The position numbers and the translations under genes were made by a program. This document shows, one piece after another, positions 62,173 through 64,000 of a stretch of DNA of 64,000 nt. The notes under the pieces were generated by a model. The model was not told where the DNA came from. It saw only the letters and a program-made list of their open reading frames with translations, and searched no databases. Source of the DNA: Lymnaea stagnalis (lineage: Eukaryota); the NCBI GenBank assembly GCA_964033795.1, contig CAXITT010000024.1, positions 1,245,971-1,309,970 on the forward strand. Direction: 5' to 3'. Within the stretch, counting starts at the first letter, position 1, and each line of letters begins with the position of its first letter.

Positions 62173-64000
62173 TTGGGAATGGACAACACCACCTCCATCC
62201 CAGGGAAGGGTAAGAAGAGGAAATGGACCAAAAAGATCGAAATTAGCGGAGATGAGAAAAAACATCGCAAACTCGATCATCTGCTACAAACAGCAGAAAC
62301 AGAGGAAGAATGGAATGAGAGAAGATGGCAAGAGGTAGCACGCTACCTAAAACGGAAAAAGAACCAAATAAGCGATTCGTCAGACAATGACGTCGCTGTA
62401 TTAACAAGGGATAAAGCTGACGTAGGCAGCCTAATCAGCTTGCAACTGAATGCAAATGGCATGTGGCCGAAAGAAAGTGAGGGTGCAGAGTTGCTAAAGG
62501 CAGAGAATGTGGATGTGGCCATGTTTCAAGAGGCGCGCCTCAAGAAAAAGAGTATCCACATCGAAAAATATGTCACACAAGCATGCACATGTGTCAAGTT
62601 CCATGGGCTATTCATACTAGTTTAAGAGACCCCTACTGTCAGGAGGGTGGACATAAATTGGAAGAAGCCCAATACAGTTGCGATACATCTGCAGATTTGG
62701 AAGAATGGAGTCTCCTACTCCATAATAAATATTTACTCTCCTCCAATGACAACCATAGACCTCGATACAAACCAGACAAGATTTGTTCGGACTATTATTG
62801 GAGGAGATTTAAATGGCCAGTCCCCCCAATGGGGCTATAAGCGATCAAACGCTACAGGCAAAAAGATCATTGACCTGTGTAACTCGTCCAACCTAAAGAT
62901 TATGCAGTATAATCTAACACCACCCGCGTGCATCCATTCAAGTAATGGAAGTACATCAAGGCCGGATTTAACTATAATCTCTAGTGACCTCCTGGAGAAA
63001 AGCATGCTAAAAATACTTCCAGATATAGGCAGTGACCATTTATCAATCCTCCCAACAATAGGCAAAGGTGGGGCAAACCAAGTAGACCCCCAACCTGCCA
63101 CCTGAAAGTATAAAAGTGCTAACTGGCTTAAGTTTACAAACATGACCAATGGCAGGAACATACTCAATGCGATAAAATCAGGCACAATCAGTGAGAAATA
63201 CAAAAAAAATGGTGTGAGGTTGTTTTTAGAGCGGCAAAGAGATCAATCCCTGCAGAGAATGCAAAATACAAAAAAAGGGTCCTTCAAAAACATTAAACTC
63301 AGTAAACTAATAAAACAGCGCCAACAGGCAAGAAAACGGGCCCAAAAGTCAGTGAATGCTCGGACAAGATACAACAAGCTAACCAGGAAGGTGAAAAAGC
63401 TAACCATAAGCCTAAAGAAAGAGGCTTGGGTTAAAAGGTGCCAGAACCTGGACCTAAAGAAGGACTATGCGAAAGTTTGGAACCTGTTAAAAGCCCTAAC
63501 AGGAGAAAGAGTAAGATGTAGCCCAAGTCCTATAGTCCTACAAATAATAGAATAGTCACGTCCGACAGTAATAGAAATAAAGCTCTTAACAGTCACTTTG
63601 CTGAGACAAACAAACAAAAACAAACGCTGGTCACGAGATGGCAAAAGAAAAGACAGGGAACGGATAAGTCTCAAAAAAATCAATTGTAATTGACAAAACA
63701 TCAATTATGTCATTCCCGTTCACACATAGTGAATTTGTAATAGCCTGTCAAAAATGTAAAGATGACACAGCTGGTGCTCCGGACTGAGTCACTAATAACA
63801 TGCTAAACAGGCTAGGTCCAAAAGCCAAAAAAGTCCTCTTCCAAATAATTAATGAATCCTGGGACAAAGGAAAAATTTCAGACCAGTGGAGAGACGCCAA
63901 AATCACGGCCCTCCGGAAGAAAGGTAAACCTCCTGAAGAACTCAGCAGTTATCGCCCAGTGTCCTTAACATCATGCACAGGGAAGATAGCTGAACGGATG
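62173..64000 (+). mobile_element. LINE element (APE-type endonuclease plus start of RT), truncated by the window end
   Basis: ORFs 62173..62625 and 62647..63105 show endonuclease-like motifs (LQLNANGMWPK...VDVAMFQEARLKK; GGDLNGQSPQWGY; SDHLSI). 63700..64000 shows the RT N-terminal pattern (WRDAKITALRKKGK...SYRPVSLTS..GKIAER). Frames are interrupted. Confidence 0.75.

Overview
This window is eukaryotic (metazoan, probably invertebrate) nuclear DNA, not a prokaryotic locus. It is AT-rich, dense in mini- and microsatellites and LINE/DNA-transposon debris, and carries spliced genes with canonical GT-AG introns. Three protein-coding genes were reconstructed by hand from protein similarity, reading phase and splice-site inspection.

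- **MVP-like gene (+ strand):** 15 coding exons between 26790 and 37212, giving about 850 aa. It aligns collinearly with human major vault protein from the N-terminal IRIPPYYYIHVLDQN motif to the C-terminal [15 protein letters not shown] region.
- **MED24-like gene (- strand):** 23 coding exons between 55150 and 39781, giving about 1021 aa. It is collinear with human MED24. It is convergent with the MVP gene, with stop codons about 2.6 kb apart.
- **MDP1-like HAD phosphatase (- strand):** a small two-exon gene, exon 1 at 11782..12083 and exon 2 at 6557..6917, about 220 aa. Its 4.9 kb intron holds an L2-like LINE reverse transcriptase fragment.

Other content: several LINE fragments, two of which belong to one family (one at 12480..13430 and one inside a MED24 intron); a degenerate hAT transposase fragment; a perfectly bounded 1310-bp hAT-like MITE at 56036..57345 with 15-bp TIRs and an 8-bp TSD; an ~800-bp TIR element whose end coincides with a MED24 splice donor; and many tandem repeats with 16- to 380-bp units. 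No rRNA, tRNA or CRISPR feature was recognised.

Caveat: the supplied ORF track appears to use bacterial alternative start codons (e.g. ORF 54668..54871 begins at TTG and 40268..40525 at GTG while shown as M), so a leading M is not evidence of an ATG.
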